Of a stretch of 64,000 bases of DNA, positions 1-10,320 are shown piece by piece. This stretch comes from Promethearchaeota archaeon (GTDB taxonomy: Archaea > Asgardarchaeota > Heimdallarchaeia > Hodarchaeales > Hodarchaeaceae), in assembly GCA_048938105.1 (NCBI GenBank), contig JBHLMN010000015.1:64001-128000 (forward strand), in the 5' to 3' direction. Position 1 is the first letter of the stretch. Every line of letters starts with the position of its first letter. The notes below the pieces were generated by a model. That model was not told the origin of the DNA and ran no database searches. It worked only from the letters and a program-made list of their open reading frames with translations. A program made the position numbers and the translations under genes.

Positions 1-70
1 ACATAAGTTAAAAAAAGAACTTAGTTTTTCCTTAAGTTCAAAAAAACTAAACTCACTTGAAACAGCAGAA

Positions 71-1882
71 GTGTGTGCTCGTTTATGCCAAAAACATGTT
101 GGATATGAAATACTAGCCTTTGAAGAAGAGATTCGTATCCGAATATCAAAGAAAAAAAGTCATGGCAGAGGAGGATGGTCAGCTCCACGATATGAGCGGA
201 TTAGTCGTGCTGCAGTCACCCATGCAGCAGATGAAGTTGAATTGATCTTACGTGAGAAAGAAATTACTTGGGAAGTGTTTGAATATCCTCAACGTCGAGT
301 TTACATTGCCCATCTCGAAAAAGAAATCATTCCTGATATTCTAGCCCTGATTAAACCTCTAACAACAGAACTTGTTCGAGTTACTTTAGAACGTATAACG
401 AAAGCTAATCTTGATTTCCAACCACTTGATGTAAGTATAGCTCCAACAAGCCGTTCCCTTAAAAATATCATTTTAGGAGTCGACCCTGGCACAACAACAG
501 GAATTGCTATTGTGGATTTAATGAAAGGTCATGTACTATATCTAAAGTCGAAACGGGAATGTGGAGTTTCAGAGATTATAAGGACTGCATCCAAATTTGG
601 GAAGATCTGTTGTGTCGCCGCTGATGTGACTCCAATTCCCGCGACCGTCGAAAAAATTGCTAGAATTACAGGTGCAAAATTAATTTCCCCCACTGTATTG
701 GTATCTGCAGCTGCTAAGCGGGAATATTTGCATAATTACAGAGATATTACAGTTAACTATAGTCATTTGGATTCTCATGAGCGGGATGCACTTTTTGGAG
801 CAATTAAAGCGTTTAATTCTTTAAAAGAACAGTTATCTAAGATTAATCATATAGTTCAAGATTCATACCCAGAATTGATTTCTCAATTATCAGAAATTCA
901 AAGACTTGTGTTGGCAGGGAATAGCGTTTCTAATGCAATTGAGATGATACGAGGAAAGCTGAGTACTCAAAAGGTCATCGTGACTGAAGAAGAGCCAGAT
1001 CCATTGACTATATCACTAAAACACGAGAATGAGATTTTGCAAGCTAAAATTGAGGCGATACATGAAGAAATGGACAAATTAGATACAGAAATATTATTCT
1101 GGCGAAAACAAGCACGGGAAAGTACAAAACAAATAAAAAAATGGAAAGATAAGTTTGAACGTGAACAACTGAAACACTCAAAATTGATGCAAAAAAGAAT
1201 TTCTGCTGCTGTGGATCGAGAAGTAGGGAGAATAAGAGAGGAAAATCAAGAGATTAGGCGAATTCTTCGTCAAAATCAACGAGAAATGGAAAAGTTAAAA
1301 CAAATCAAAAATTTCTGGGTACAGGGACGAGAAATACCTTTGAAGGTTGTTAAATCCTTTTCTGATTCTGCAATTCGGGAAACAGAAAGAAATTATGGTT
1401 TAAATAACGGAGATATAGTGTTTGTTCTCGACCCGAGCGGCGGTGGGGCTCAAACGGCTCAAAAAATGATTGATATTGGAATAAGAGGAGTAATAATTTC
1501 AGAGGGATCAGCTAATTTCTCTGATCAAGCTTTAAGCCAGTTTGAAGATAATTGTATTCCGTGTCTTCAGTTACCCATCAAGGATTTTTCAGGTCGTATT
1601 GAAGGCTTGAATCAACCAAAGCTTGAAATCTGGGTTTATGATGGACTTTATCTTACAGACATAGGGGTTAAGGAAGAAATTAGGAAAAAAGAACTAAAAC
1701 TTCGTGAAAAACTTCGTCAAAAAAGAATGGCTTTGATTTCACAGACTAAGAAGGCATCTAAGAAGCATATGAACACTGAATTAGATATTAAGAAAATGCT
1801 AGATGATTTCAAGGAAGATTATATAGCTCAATATCATTCTGATTATGAAGAAAAACTTGATCATTCATCAGAAGAGGAATGA
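71..1882 (+). CDS. DUF460/COG2433-type protein (RNase H-like fold plus coiled coil)
   Basis: ILGVDPGTTTGIAIVD RNase H-like motif, HERDAL motif, long coiled-coil region; start uncertain at window edge. Confidence 0.8.
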   Translation: MCARLCQKHVGYEILAFEEEIRIRISKKKSHGRGGWSAPRYERISRAAVTHAADEVELILREKEITWEVFEYPQRRVYIAHLEKEIIPDILALIKPLTTELVRVTLERITKANLDFQPLDVSIAPTSRSLKNIILGVDPGTTTGIAIVDLMKGHVLYLKSKRECGVSEIIRTASKFGKICCVAADVTPIPATVEKIARITGAKLISPTVLVSAAAKREYLHNYRDITVNYSHLDSHERDALFGAIKAFNSLKEQLSKINHIVQDSYPELISQLSEIQRLVLAGNSVSNAIEMIRGKLSTQKVIVTEEEPDPLTISLKHENEILQAKIEAIHEEMDKLDTEILFWRKQARESTKQIKKWKDKFEREQLKHSKLMQKRISAAVDREVGRIREENQEIRRILRQNQREMEKLKQIKNFWVQGREIPLKVVKSFSDSAIRETERNYGLNNGDIVFVLDPSGGGAQTAQKMIDIGIRGVIISEGSANFSDQALSQFEDNCIPCLQLPIKDFSGRIEGLNQPKLEIWVYDGLYLTDIGVKEEIRKKELKLREKLRQKRMALISQTKKASKKHMNTELDIKKMLDDFKEDYIAQYHSDYEEKLDHSSEEE

Positions 1883-1989
1883 CTCCCATAAATCTTTTCA
1901 AAAATGAAGAAAAATTTTTAGAATTAAATTTTATGAGGACTGAATTAAATAGATTTCCACAATTAGATCTTCAATGAGGAATTATTACA

Positions 1990-2208
1990 ATGTCACAACC
2001 ATTGCAAACGTTAGAAAAATCCGTAGGAAAAATAATAACTGTTCAACTGAAAAGTAATCAGCTTTATACTGGACGTCTCCGAATCACAGACCAATACATG
2101 AATCTGATCTTAGAGGACTGTTCCGAAGTTGAAGAGGGTAAAATTAGCAAGCGTTATGGTCAGGCATTCCTCCGAGGAAACAACATTCTGTTTATTAAAA
2201 TAGAATAG
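1990..2208 (+). CDS. Sm/LSm-family RNA-binding protein (SmAP)
   Basis: Sm1 motif (G-L---D-YMNLIL) and Sm2 motif (FLRGNNI), 72 aa. Confidence 0.93.
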   Translation: MSQPLQTLEKSVGKIITVQLKSNQLYTGRLRITDQYMNLILEDCSEVEEGKISKRYGQAFLRGNNILFIKIE

Positions 2209-2285
2209 ATTATGATTTCATACCTTTTTTAAAGTATTATTACTTGTATTTATTTCCTCTAATAAATGAATATGGGGAATTTTTC

Positions 2286-3005
2286 ATGAGTAGGGAATTA
2301 ATTCCGATCGGTGTACCAGTGATAGATGAATTCATAACGGGTATTCCTCGTGATGCCCTTATTTTGATAATTGGCGACCCAGGATCAGGATTTATTACAT
2401 TTATGCATCAATTATTGGTCAATCGTGCTAAAAATGGTATTCCTGCTATTTATACCTCGCTAGACAGACCTGAAAGTGAAATACGTCATGATTTAGCTAC
2501 ATTTGGATGGAAATTAGATAGTCTCACTTGGCAATTCAATGATCTCAGTCAATCTTCAAGACAAAAACAATCTAAAACACTTCAATGGGAAGGAGACGCC
2601 GTGAATATAGTTTCTCATAATCTTTTTCGAAAAATAATAGAATTTAAAGGGGATAGAGCTATTCCTGCACTCGATTCTGCAGTCAACACAGTCACCTACA
2701 TGTTGATTCAGTCTAGCTTAAAATCAGTCTTACGATTTCTAAATGAATACTCCACAGTGATCAAAGGTACAAATGGATGGCATTTTTTGACCATGGTACG
2801 AGGAGTTCATGGTCATGATGTCGAAAACCTTTTTTCTCATTATAGTGATGTGGTATTAGAGTTTGCTATGTCTCTCAATACAGAAACGAGGCTATATGAA
2901 CGGGTGCTAGGGATTAAGAAATTATTGGGTGTTGATTCTAGAGTTTTTCCTATAGAGTTTGGAAAATCCGGAATAAGACCAATTACCACGTCAAAAATTC
3001 AATGA
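2286..3005 (+). CDS. KaiC/RAD55-like RecA-fold protein, degenerate Walker A
   Basis: IPIGVPVIDE N-terminus, GDPGSGFIT (Walker A Lys missing), C-terminal R-L-IKKL-G motif; ATG at 2286 preferred over the upstream TTG. Confidence 0.75.
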   Translation: MSRELIPIGVPVIDEFITGIPRDALILIIGDPGSGFITFMHQLLVNRAKNGIPAIYTSLDRPESEIRHDLATFGWKLDSLTWQFNDLSQSSRQKQSKTLQWEGDAVNIVSHNLFRKIIEFKGDRAIPALDSAVNTVTYMLIQSSLKSVLRFLNEYSTVIKGTNGWHFLTMVRGVHGHDVENLFSHYSDVVLEFAMSLNTETRLYERVLGIKKLLGVDSRVFPIEFGKSGIRPITTSKIQ

Positions 3006-3957
3006 TCTTGCTTCGAATCTTTCCTTGTCTTAAAGCGATTGATTCTTTGGTGAATTTCCCCTTAAATCTCTTTTGCTCAAGGAAGAGTGAAGTAACACTT
3101 GTAGCAAAAGCGATTGCGTCTAATTCATTCTTAAAGGTCAGAAAATGAGTAACAAAGGCGAAGAGGAAAATATCACCTGCTCCTGTTTCATCAAGAATTG
3201 TACCTTCTGTAAATGCAGGAACATCATAAATATGGATATCAGGATTTTTTACACCTAATATAGAGCCATTCACTCCTCGAGTAATAAGAACAGTCGTTAT
3301 TGATGTTTCTAAAACCTTAATCACGATTTCCTCAAGGTTAGTTCCCACCTCTAACAATTCTGCTTCCGCTTCTGATACTTTGAGACAATTGACATTCTTA
3401 ATGATGTTAGAATCCCACCAATTGTAGAATTTTATCTCACCTTTTTCTGTAATTTGACGGAAACATCCTTGCGGATCAAATGCTATATAAGAACAGATCT
3501 TCCGTAATGAAGAAAAGATCGTATGATCTGAAAATTCATGATAAACAGAGCCTACTAAAGCAACTGGGGGATTTCCAAACTTCCAATTGAAATCAGCCAG
3601 ATCAAACCGCTTAGGAGGATTTTTTAGTACCAAAGTTCTTTCATTCTTATCACTGGAGTACACTAAACGAAATTGAGGGCATTTGTCTTGAATCATCAGG
3701 TTTTTCGAAATTAAATTGTAATCTGGAAATTCTCTCAACAGTGAAATTATCTTAGGGCATGTATAAGCGTAAATTAATGGTGGGGCCATCCATGGGAACA
3801 TTTTTGAGAGCATCAAACCTGAAATTCCTGCAAAAGAAGGTGGCCCTCCTATTAACAGGCTGTTTTGATCCTTGATGAAAGGAGTACCCTGATGGTCATG
3901 AATCACGTTATCTAGGACCATTTGACCAAGAGCTAACGTAATTATCTTCTTTCTCAC
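2983..3957 (-). CDS. PfkB-family carbohydrate kinase
   Basis: GGPP N-terminal motif, DETGAGDIF PfkB signature. Confidence 0.85.
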   Translation of the reverse strand: MRKKIITLALGQMVLDNVIHDHQGTPFIKDQNSLLIGGPPSFAGISGLMLSKMFPWMAPPLIYAYTCPKIISLLREFPDYNLISKNLMIQDKCPQFRLVYSSDKNERTLVLKNPPKRFDLADFNWKFGNPPVALVGSVYHEFSDHTIFSSLRKICSYIAFDPQGCFRQITEKGEIKFYNWWDSNIIKNVNCLKVSEAEAELLEVGTNLEEIVIKVLETSITTVLITRGVNGSILGVKNPDIHIYDVPAFTEGTILDETGAGDIFLFAFVTHFLTFKNELDAIAFATSVTSLFLEQKRFKGKFTKESIALRQGKIRSKIIEFLTW

Positions 3958-4100
3958 AGAGATCAGCTCTATTGAATTAAGTAGGAAATACAGTAAGGTT
4001 TAAATTTTTGCTTAAGGTTAGTCTTCATATTAATAGATTGTAGTTGTATTAGTCAGAAAATTAATAGGTTTTTAACACAGGTTTCTCCGAAGGTGGAAAA

Positions 4101-4535
4101 ATGGCTTTCGCGCTTACAGTAGAACAGAAGAAGAAATTAATAAAATTATTACAAGAAATCGTTCGATATGCAGACCTAGAAGCATTAGCATTAGTAACAC
4201 GCACAGGAATGAGTGTTGCGTTTTTCTCAGAGAAAGATGCCGATCCAGATTTATTTTCCGCGTTATCCGCAGCTGTTCTATCAACTGGTGGGATGGTTGT
4301 TGACAGAATGGATCATGGGCACTTATGGGAGGTCTTAGTTCGCGGTGAAAAAGGGTATACCGTGTTAAGTTCAGCGGAAGACTTTATCTTAATAGGAGCG
4401 TCTAATGAAGCCCATTCTTTAGGATTAGCTATTCGAGTACTACGTCGTTACAGCCGGAAAATACCAGAAATATTCCGAGAAGAGGAAAAAGATATTTCTA
4501 GTCTTGTCTCTGAGCTTAAAGATCTTTTAAGTTAA
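4101..4535 (+). CDS. Roadblock/LC7 domain protein
   Basis: ALALVTRTG, SALSAAVLS, VLVRGEKGY roadblock pattern. Confidence 0.85.
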   Translation: MAFALTVEQKKKLIKLLQEIVRYADLEALALVTRTGMSVAFFSEKDADPDLFSALSAAVLSTGGMVVDRMDHGHLWEVLVRGEKGYTVLSSAEDFILIGASNEAHSLGLAIRVLRRYSRKIPEIFREEEKDISSLVSELKDLLS

Positions 4536-4566
4536 CCAACGATTTACTAATTGAGGGAAAAATCTC

Positions 4567-5223
4567 TTGCCTTCCCTTTTCCTTTTCCTTTTTTGCGTAA
4601 ATTTTGCTTTCATTTGGGTTGTAAGCTCATTAGATGGGTATATATTACTTTTTCTAATCATTCCTTGGACTTTATTCATTTATACAACATTATGTTTTAG
4701 AGGAATACGATTTTCAGCGAATGATCTCCTTGAACAGCTGGCAGGAAAGCTGTATTGGCTCAGTCAAGGTGTTTTTCAAGCTACTGTGATAGCTGTCCTA
4801 AATATTATTCTAGGGTTATTAATTATTCCTGATTCAGCTTTAACTCAATTTAATCAAAATTTTGGATTATTTAGCTCAGTTATAATATTCATGTTGTTAC
4901 CATTTCCCAGTTTTTTCATCCTTAGTTTAAAAAAAGAGGATCAAGAACGATTATATAGCCTAATCTATCAAGAAATGGTTCAAAGAGGTGAGGCTCCCGA
5001 ATTTATCGAGTTAACTTCAGAGCTCCTCGCCACAACAGAACGTTACACAAAGGAGTACGCTCAAAAGCTAGAAAAGGTTCGAGAATATGCCTATCAATAT
5101 ATAGAGCAAAACTTCATGCAGATATCGCCGTTTTTTCAACAAAATCAATCAGTCCGTCTGAATTTGGAGAGTTTAGCAATTTTCCTTACAAAGAAAGCAA
5201 CTTTAACGGAAAATAATTTGTAG
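4567..5223 (+). CDS. Hypothetical membrane protein
   Basis: About 4 hydrophobic segments then a soluble helical tail. Confidence 0.55.
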   Translation: MPSLFLFLFCVNFAFIWVVSSLDGYILLFLIIPWTLFIYTTLCFRGIRFSANDLLEQLAGKLYWLSQGVFQATVIAVLNIILGLLIIPDSALTQFNQNFGLFSSVIIFMLLPFPSFFILSLKKEDQERLYSLIYQEMVQRGEAPEFIELTSELLATTERYTKEYAQKLEKVREYAYQYIEQNFMQISPFFQQNQSVRLNLESLAIFLTKKATLTENNL

Positions 5224-5428
5224 AAAAATCATTAATATAAAATAACATAATTTCATTGTGAATGAGTATCTAAAGGCTTCTGAGCTGTTTGTCCTCTTTT
5301 TTACTTTTTAAAGTGGAAAATCTTGTCGAGTAATAAGTTTTGACTTCTATAATATTCATAAAAAATTAATTAATGTTTATTGAAAATGTCAATATAAGAT
5401 TTTTTCGACGATAAATGGGGTTTCCTCT

Positions 5429-5704
5429 TTGGGTAAGAAACGTAAGTCTGGTGGCCGCAGTAAAGGGAAAAAAGGTACTCTCTCCAAGGTTCAATGTTCA
5501 GCATGTAAACGAATGATACCACGTGATAAAGCTAAACGTAAAACTAGTTATAAAACTCTGGTTGATTATGCAGTTGGAAAGGAATTGCGACAACAAGGAG
5601 CCCATATCGCTCGTGTACCATATGTAAGGTATTATTGTGTATCATGCGCAATTCACAGGCATCATGTAAAAATTCGTGCTGAAGATGAGCGAAGAGACCG
5701 GTAG
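5429..5704 (+). CDS. rps26e: 30S ribosomal protein S26e
   Basis: KKRKSGGRSK, CxxC...PRDKA, YCVSCAIH. Confidence 0.96.
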   Translation: MGKKRKSGGRSKGKKGTLSKVQCSACKRMIPRDKAKRKTSYKTLVDYAVGKELRQQGAHIARVPYVRYYCVSCAIHRHHVKIRAEDERRDR

Positions 5705-5808
5705 AATGATCAGTTACTACTACCCATATTTCCGATAAGAATTTAAAACTGCTTACTATACCCCCTTTGAATCAAGTCAACTCTAGTAAATACAGTCTGG
5801 AACTCCCT

Positions 5809-5927
5809 GGATCCGTGGCTCAGCCTGGATAGAGCGTCTGGCTTCGGAAGGTAAAACCTGATGAATGAAAATCAGGGGGATACCTGAAGTAACCAGAATG
5901 TCGTGGGTTCAAATCCCTCCGGATCCG
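5809..5927 (+). tRNA. tRNA-Arg(UCG) with 44-nt intron at canonical 37/38 (5848-5891)
   Basis: GGATCCG/CGGATCC acceptor stem, TCTGG/CCAGA anticodon stem, TTCAAAT T-loop; BHB with CTTC/GAAG central helix and GGA/TAA bulges. Confidence 0.93.
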
Positions 5928-6050
5928 TTACCTCCGTTTTCCACTTGGATTTAGTACGTTATTCTTGTCACTACTAGTTAGAAATCAGAAGAAAAAGGAT
6001 AGAGGAAGGACTATAACAACTATCCTTGATTAGAAAAATATTGTTGAAAT

Positions 6051-8495
6051 CTACAGTTTATCATAGTAATCTTCTGGTTTAGGTGGAAGTGGGTTATGAA
6101 ATCCTTTACGTTTTCTTGTTGCTAATACATATTGTCGTGCCAAACTTCCTCCTTCTTCTTCAGGTTTTGTTGGATCTCCTGGCACTTTTTGCCAGTGGTC
6201 AAAAACCATTTGACTGAACGCAAAACCTGATGTTTCGGAGCGGAGTTCCGTAGTAATGCCAAATGACTCAGTGACTGGTATCTCAGCAATGATGATGTTC
6301 AAAGGTGTTCCTTCTCGCTTCTGGGTGTCAATTACTCGTCCCCGTCGTTTAGTGAGGACTTTGTAAACATTACCAAGGTATTGCTCGGGAACTTGGACTT
6401 GGACTTTATAGATGGGTTCCAAGAGTATGGGTTCGGCCATTAGTGCTGCCCCAAAGCATGCCCTACGGGAAACTGGCATAATTTGACCTGCCCCTCGATG
6501 AACTGGATCTTCATGAAGCTTAACATCCTCCAACATAAACCTTATTCCATAAAATGGTTCGCCGCAAAGCGGTCCTTCTTTAGCTGCCCAGCGGAATCCT
6601 TGAACTATATAGTCTTTTACTTCACGCAAGTACTGAACCCCCTTTGTTGCATCGATATAAAAATTTGGATCATCTTCTTCAGGCCCCATTCCCCATACTT
6701 TTCTTCCAGCTTTAGCTTCCCACCCAGCTTCATCTCTAAGTATTTGAGCCATCTCTTTTCTATCCGTATATTGATGGATTTTACCTTCTTCAATTAACTT
6801 TATACTTGCGGCATCAAGTGGTCCAGCTCGAACCCAGAGACGATTATGCTTATTTGGAGATTTTGCTAGAGATTGTTGATATGATTCACTTTGGACTGAT
6901 TCTCGAAAAACAACGATAGGTTCACTCTGTGTTACCTCAATATGTTGAAGATCCTGTAGATCTTTAACTGCTATTTCTAAATGAAGTTCCCCTGTTCCTG
7001 AAAGGAGATATTCACCTGTTTCTTCATTGATTTTGGTTTTCAATGAAGGGTCAACTAGCTCCATTAGTTGCATCCCTTCTGCTAATTTTGGTAGTTCACT
7101 AGGGGATTTTGCTTCAATAGCAATAGTGACAACTGGTTCAACCGCATAGGAAAGTGCATGAAAAGGCATCGTCGTTTCAAGGCTAGTTATGGTACTACTT
7201 GCTGTAGCGCCACGTAATCCCTGTAATGCAACGATATTTCCAGCAGGAATAGTGTCAACTTTCTCTGTTTTCCCTCCCATAAGCATAGAAACCTGTTGGA
7301 TATTGGTGGTAAATCGCCTCTCTTTTCCACCTGGCTTATATCCTGGAAGTAAAGCTGTGATTTTTTGACCAGTGGTTACCGTCCCTGAAAAGATTCTTCC
7401 CATGGCAATAATTCGTTTAGCTTTTCCCGGAATCATTTTAGAAATAGCGATCATCACAGGTCCTTTTTCATCACATTCTAACATCCCCTTCCCTTCCTTT
7501 TTCTCATAATTTCCAGTCCAGAAACTCTTAAACCGATATTTTTGAGCCTCGATGGGTGATGGGCAAAATTGAACAACCATATCTAAAACAGCTTTTTCTA
7601 CTGGAAGCCATTTTTCTAATAGTGCTTTTGCTATTCTTTTCGGCGGTTCAAGCCATACATCTTCATCTAAACGTAATCCTAGTTGTTGGGCTACTTTTTT
7701 AAGGGAATCTAGATCATTATCTTCAGCTTTTTGATATATCTCATAAGTTGGCTTTAGAACCCCATTAACAAAGTTATTTTTCATCCAGAGGTTTTTAATT
7801 AGTTTATCAATTGGTTGTCCTGTTTTTTCATGCCAAATCTCCGCTAAAGCTGGAATTGTTAATCCAAATCTATGGATTGCCGAACCAAAAGCCACAGTGC
7901 CTTGTCGTGGATCTACACGCCAAATTTTCTTGTATTCTGGATGTGCATAGGTTTCGATAAGTATATTAAAGTCATTAATAATAGTCTTGAATTTTTCATA
8001 TGCATCATCAGGAGTCATCCGCATCTCAGTAATTAAGCGGTCTACTTTATTGATTATCAAAACAGGGCGAACTCGCTCAGCTAGAGCTTGTTGAGTAACA
8101 ACTTCAGTTTGAACCATAACTCCCTCAACAGCATCAACAAGAACGAGGGCTCCATCCACTACCCGTAATGCTGAAGTAACTTCTCCTGAAAAATCAACGT
8201 GTCCAGGGGTATCCTGAAGATTAATAAGATATGTTTTTTGGTTGAATTCATGAACTAGTGAAATTCCTGTGGTTTTAATCGTGATTCCGCGTTCTTGTTC
8301 GTCTTCCCGCGTGTCTGTAGCTCGGGCTTCACCTGCGACTTTTTCAGCTAGAAGCCCACAAGCTGCAAGGAGAGAATCAGTTAACGTGGACTTGCCATGA
8401 TCTATATGGGCGATCACACCTAAATTTCGAACTAGATCTCGATTATAAAGTAATTTCTGTGCTTCTTCAACAGTGAATTTTGGCATGTATTTCAC
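6051..8495 (-). CDS. fusA: Translation elongation factor EF-2 with intact diphthamide motif
   Basis: AHIDHGKST, RGITI, DTPGH, NKVD, GELHLE, HEDPVHRGAGQ. Confidence 0.96.
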   Translation of the reverse strand: MKYMPKFTVEEAQKLLYNRDLVRNLGVIAHIDHGKSTLTDSLLAACGLLAEKVAGEARATDTREDEQERGITIKTTGISLVHEFNQKTYLINLQDTPGHVDFSGEVTSALRVVDGALVLVDAVEGVMVQTEVVTQQALAERVRPVLIINKVDRLITEMRMTPDDAYEKFKTIINDFNILIETYAHPEYKKIWRVDPRQGTVAFGSAIHRFGLTIPALAEIWHEKTGQPIDKLIKNLWMKNNFVNGVLKPTYEIYQKAEDNDLDSLKKVAQQLGLRLDEDVWLEPPKRIAKALLEKWLPVEKAVLDMVVQFCPSPIEAQKYRFKSFWTGNYEKKEGKGMLECDEKGPVMIAISKMIPGKAKRIIAMGRIFSGTVTTGQKITALLPGYKPGGKERRFTTNIQQVSMLMGGKTEKVDTIPAGNIVALQGLRGATASSTITSLETTMPFHALSYAVEPVVTIAIEAKSPSELPKLAEGMQLMELVDPSLKTKINEETGEYLLSGTGELHLEIAVKDLQDLQHIEVTQSEPIVVFRESVQSESYQQSLAKSPNKHNRLWVRAGPLDAASIKLIEEGKIHQYTDRKEMAQILRDEAGWEAKAGRKVWGMGPEEDDPNFYIDATKGVQYLREVKDYIVQGFRWAAKEGPLCGEPFYGIRFMLEDVKLHEDPVHRGAGQIMPVSRRACFGAALMAEPILLEPIYKVQVQVPEQYLGNVYKVLTKRRGRVIDTQKREGTPLNIIIAEIPVTESFGITTELRSETSGFAFSQMVFDHWQKVPGDPTKPEEEGGSLARQYVLATRKRKGFHNPLPPKPEDYYDKL

Positions 8496-8761
8496 CTTTA
8501 TAAAAAAATCTCTGTTATTTGGATGTATCAGACAAATCTCAAGATAAATTTGGGAAGCTTTATCTAACGTCCATCATAGCGAAATGATTTTTACAGAGAT
8601 GACTTATTTTCTTTCAAGTGGCTATGATTGGGCGTTCTAGGAAGAAATTATCAACCTTTCCAAATTGACTTTTGCCTGTGTCAGTAAAAATAGGAATCAT
8701 TAAGAAAAACAAAAGAGATATCAAAAACCTTTTTTATTACGTTAATCGTGGGATATATGTC

Positions 8762-8989
8762 ATGTCGATCGAAAAGGACAAGGTAAATATAATTCTTCGA
8801 GAATTTCAAGAGATTTTAAAGAAGTACCGTCCAAATACATCTGAATTACAATTAATCACTTCAAAAATTTCTCAAATGACAGCCAGAAACATTGAAAAAC
8901 AATTCAGATCTTCCAGTTCCCAGCGTTCCAAGAAAGCTCCCACTCCTAAGCCTCAGAAAAAAGTTTGGCATAAGATTAAAATAGATTAG
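8762..8989 (+). CDS. Small basic hypothetical protein
   Basis: ORF with ATG at 8762; no recognised motif. Confidence 0.5.
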   Translation: MSIEKDKVNIILREFQEILKKYRPNTSELQLITSKISQMTARNIEKQFRSSSSQRSKKAPTPKPQKKVWHKIKID

Positions 8990-9094
8990 ACGGTAAAAAC
9001 ATTGATTTGATAAGATTTTTTTCAGAACATATAATTTTATTTTATGTATAAGATTGGGAGTTAATAGATTTTGTAGGCTGGTAGGCTGTGTATT

Positions 9095-9772
9095 ATGGCC
9101 AAAATTCGAATAAAATATATGTTACATTTATATGCTATCCCAATTTTGCTTACATTTTTTCATCTCTGTTATCGAATAAAAGTGTGGGGAAAAGAAAACG
9201 TTCCTGCTAAAGGATGGGACAATAAAGGAATTATTATAATGGCCAACCACAGGTCTCATTTAGATCCATTTTTAATCGGTTTGACTGCATTCCCACGTTA
9301 TTACAAGCCTTTTTTTTATCCTGCTGATGCCAAATTATGGAAACTCCCATTTTTCCGTCCAATCTTGCACGGTATGAATTGTTTTCCTGTTTTCAAAGGA
9401 TCTAAAAAATTGGATATCATAAAATATCACATTGCTGTAATTAAAAGCGGAGGATCAGTTTGTTATTTTCCTGAAGGAGCTCGGACCAAAGATGGAAGAT
9501 TACAGCCTGGTAAGTTAGGTGCAGGACTGATAGCTCATTCAACCCGAGCTTTGGTTATCCCCTGTGCTGTTCAGAATACAGACATTGCTATGCCTGTGGG
9601 AAAACCGTTCACATTGGGAGGTGGGCCTCGAAAAATCACATTAAAGGTAAAATTTGGTCCTCCCCTTGATTTGAAGAAATTCTATAAACTTCCTAGTTGT
9701 AAAGAGACATCTCAACAGATTAGCGACTATATCATGATGAAGATTGCAGAGTTATTGAAAACGAACCATTAA
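9095..9772 (+). CDS. plsC: 1-acyl-sn-glycerol-3-phosphate acyltransferase family protein
   Basis: NHRSHLD (NHxxxxD) and FPEGART motifs. Confidence 0.85.
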   Translation: MAKIRIKYMLHLYAIPILLTFFHLCYRIKVWGKENVPAKGWDNKGIIIMANHRSHLDPFLIGLTAFPRYYKPFFYPADAKLWKLPFFRPILHGMNCFPVFKGSKKLDIIKYHIAVIKSGGSVCYFPEGARTKDGRLQPGKLGAGLIAHSTRALVIPCAVQNTDIAMPVGKPFTLGGGPRKITLKVKFGPPLDLKKFYKLPSCKETSQQISDYIMMKIAELLKTNH

Positions 9773-10320
9773 TTTATAACAAAAAAATCTTCAGAAAGGA
9801 TTTTTTGTTGTCTATCACAAAAAACAACAGAAAGGTTCCAATCCGAAGTAAATGTAACACCGCATAATATTATGTCAAAATTAAGCTTCTGACATTCGAC
9901 TAACATTTCTTCTTGGTTTGGAGAGAATGAGAACCGAAATGGTGCCCAAGAATTTGTAGATGTGCGAGATTTTACCTCAATAACAAATCCTTTAAGTTGA
10001 TTAAAATGGGTTTCATTTCTCAAATATCGATTTAATCCTTCTTCCTCATTGAAGAACTTGTATATTGTTTCTTTAGGTGTCAGTTGAAATTCTTCACGTT
10101 GAAAATATGGAGTAATTCCTAGAAAATCCATTGTTTTTTGGTTTTTTTGCAAAAAATCAATATTTCTTCCTTGAATTGATGTTGTTTCCAAATATCTTAG
10201 TGCTGCGGCCGGTCGTATGACTAGAATTGGAAATCGTTGAGAAAGAATATAACGAGCAAATTCTTCTGCAATCAAGCCTCTAAGAACTGTATTCTCTCCC
10301 TTTATTAGGTTATAAAACAT
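9769..10320 (-). CDS. Putative PD-(D/E)xK nuclease-fold protein
   Basis: G-IAEE helix, MDF, IEVKS arrangement typical of restriction-endonuclease-like folds. Confidence 0.5.
   Translation of the reverse strand: MFYNLIKGENTVLRGLIAEEFARYILSQRFPILVIRPAAALRYLETTSIQGRNIDFLQKNQKTMDFLGITPYFQREEFQLTPKETIYKFFNEEEGLNRYLRNETHFNQLKGFVIEVKSRTSTNSWAPFRFSFSPNQEEMLVECQKLNFDIILCGVTFTSDWNLSVVFCDRQQKILSEDFFVIN

Noticed and set aside
5857-5890. CTGATGA..GAAA in the tRNA-Arg intron resembling a hammerhead core or C/D boxes
   Set aside because: There is no room for hammerhead stems II/III, CCTGAT simply pairs with ATCAGG in the intron hairpin, and no convincing guide sequence is present
6483-6797. Antisense ORF inside EF-2, and the many similar short shadow ORFs in the track
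   Set aside because: They lie within well-supported genes on the opposite strand or in another frame, with no independent evidence
6051-8495. Asgard EF-2 paralog (aEF-2p) assignment
   Set aside because: GTPase motifs (RGIT, DTPGH) are canonical, which fits bona fide EF-2 better; a tree is needed to be certain
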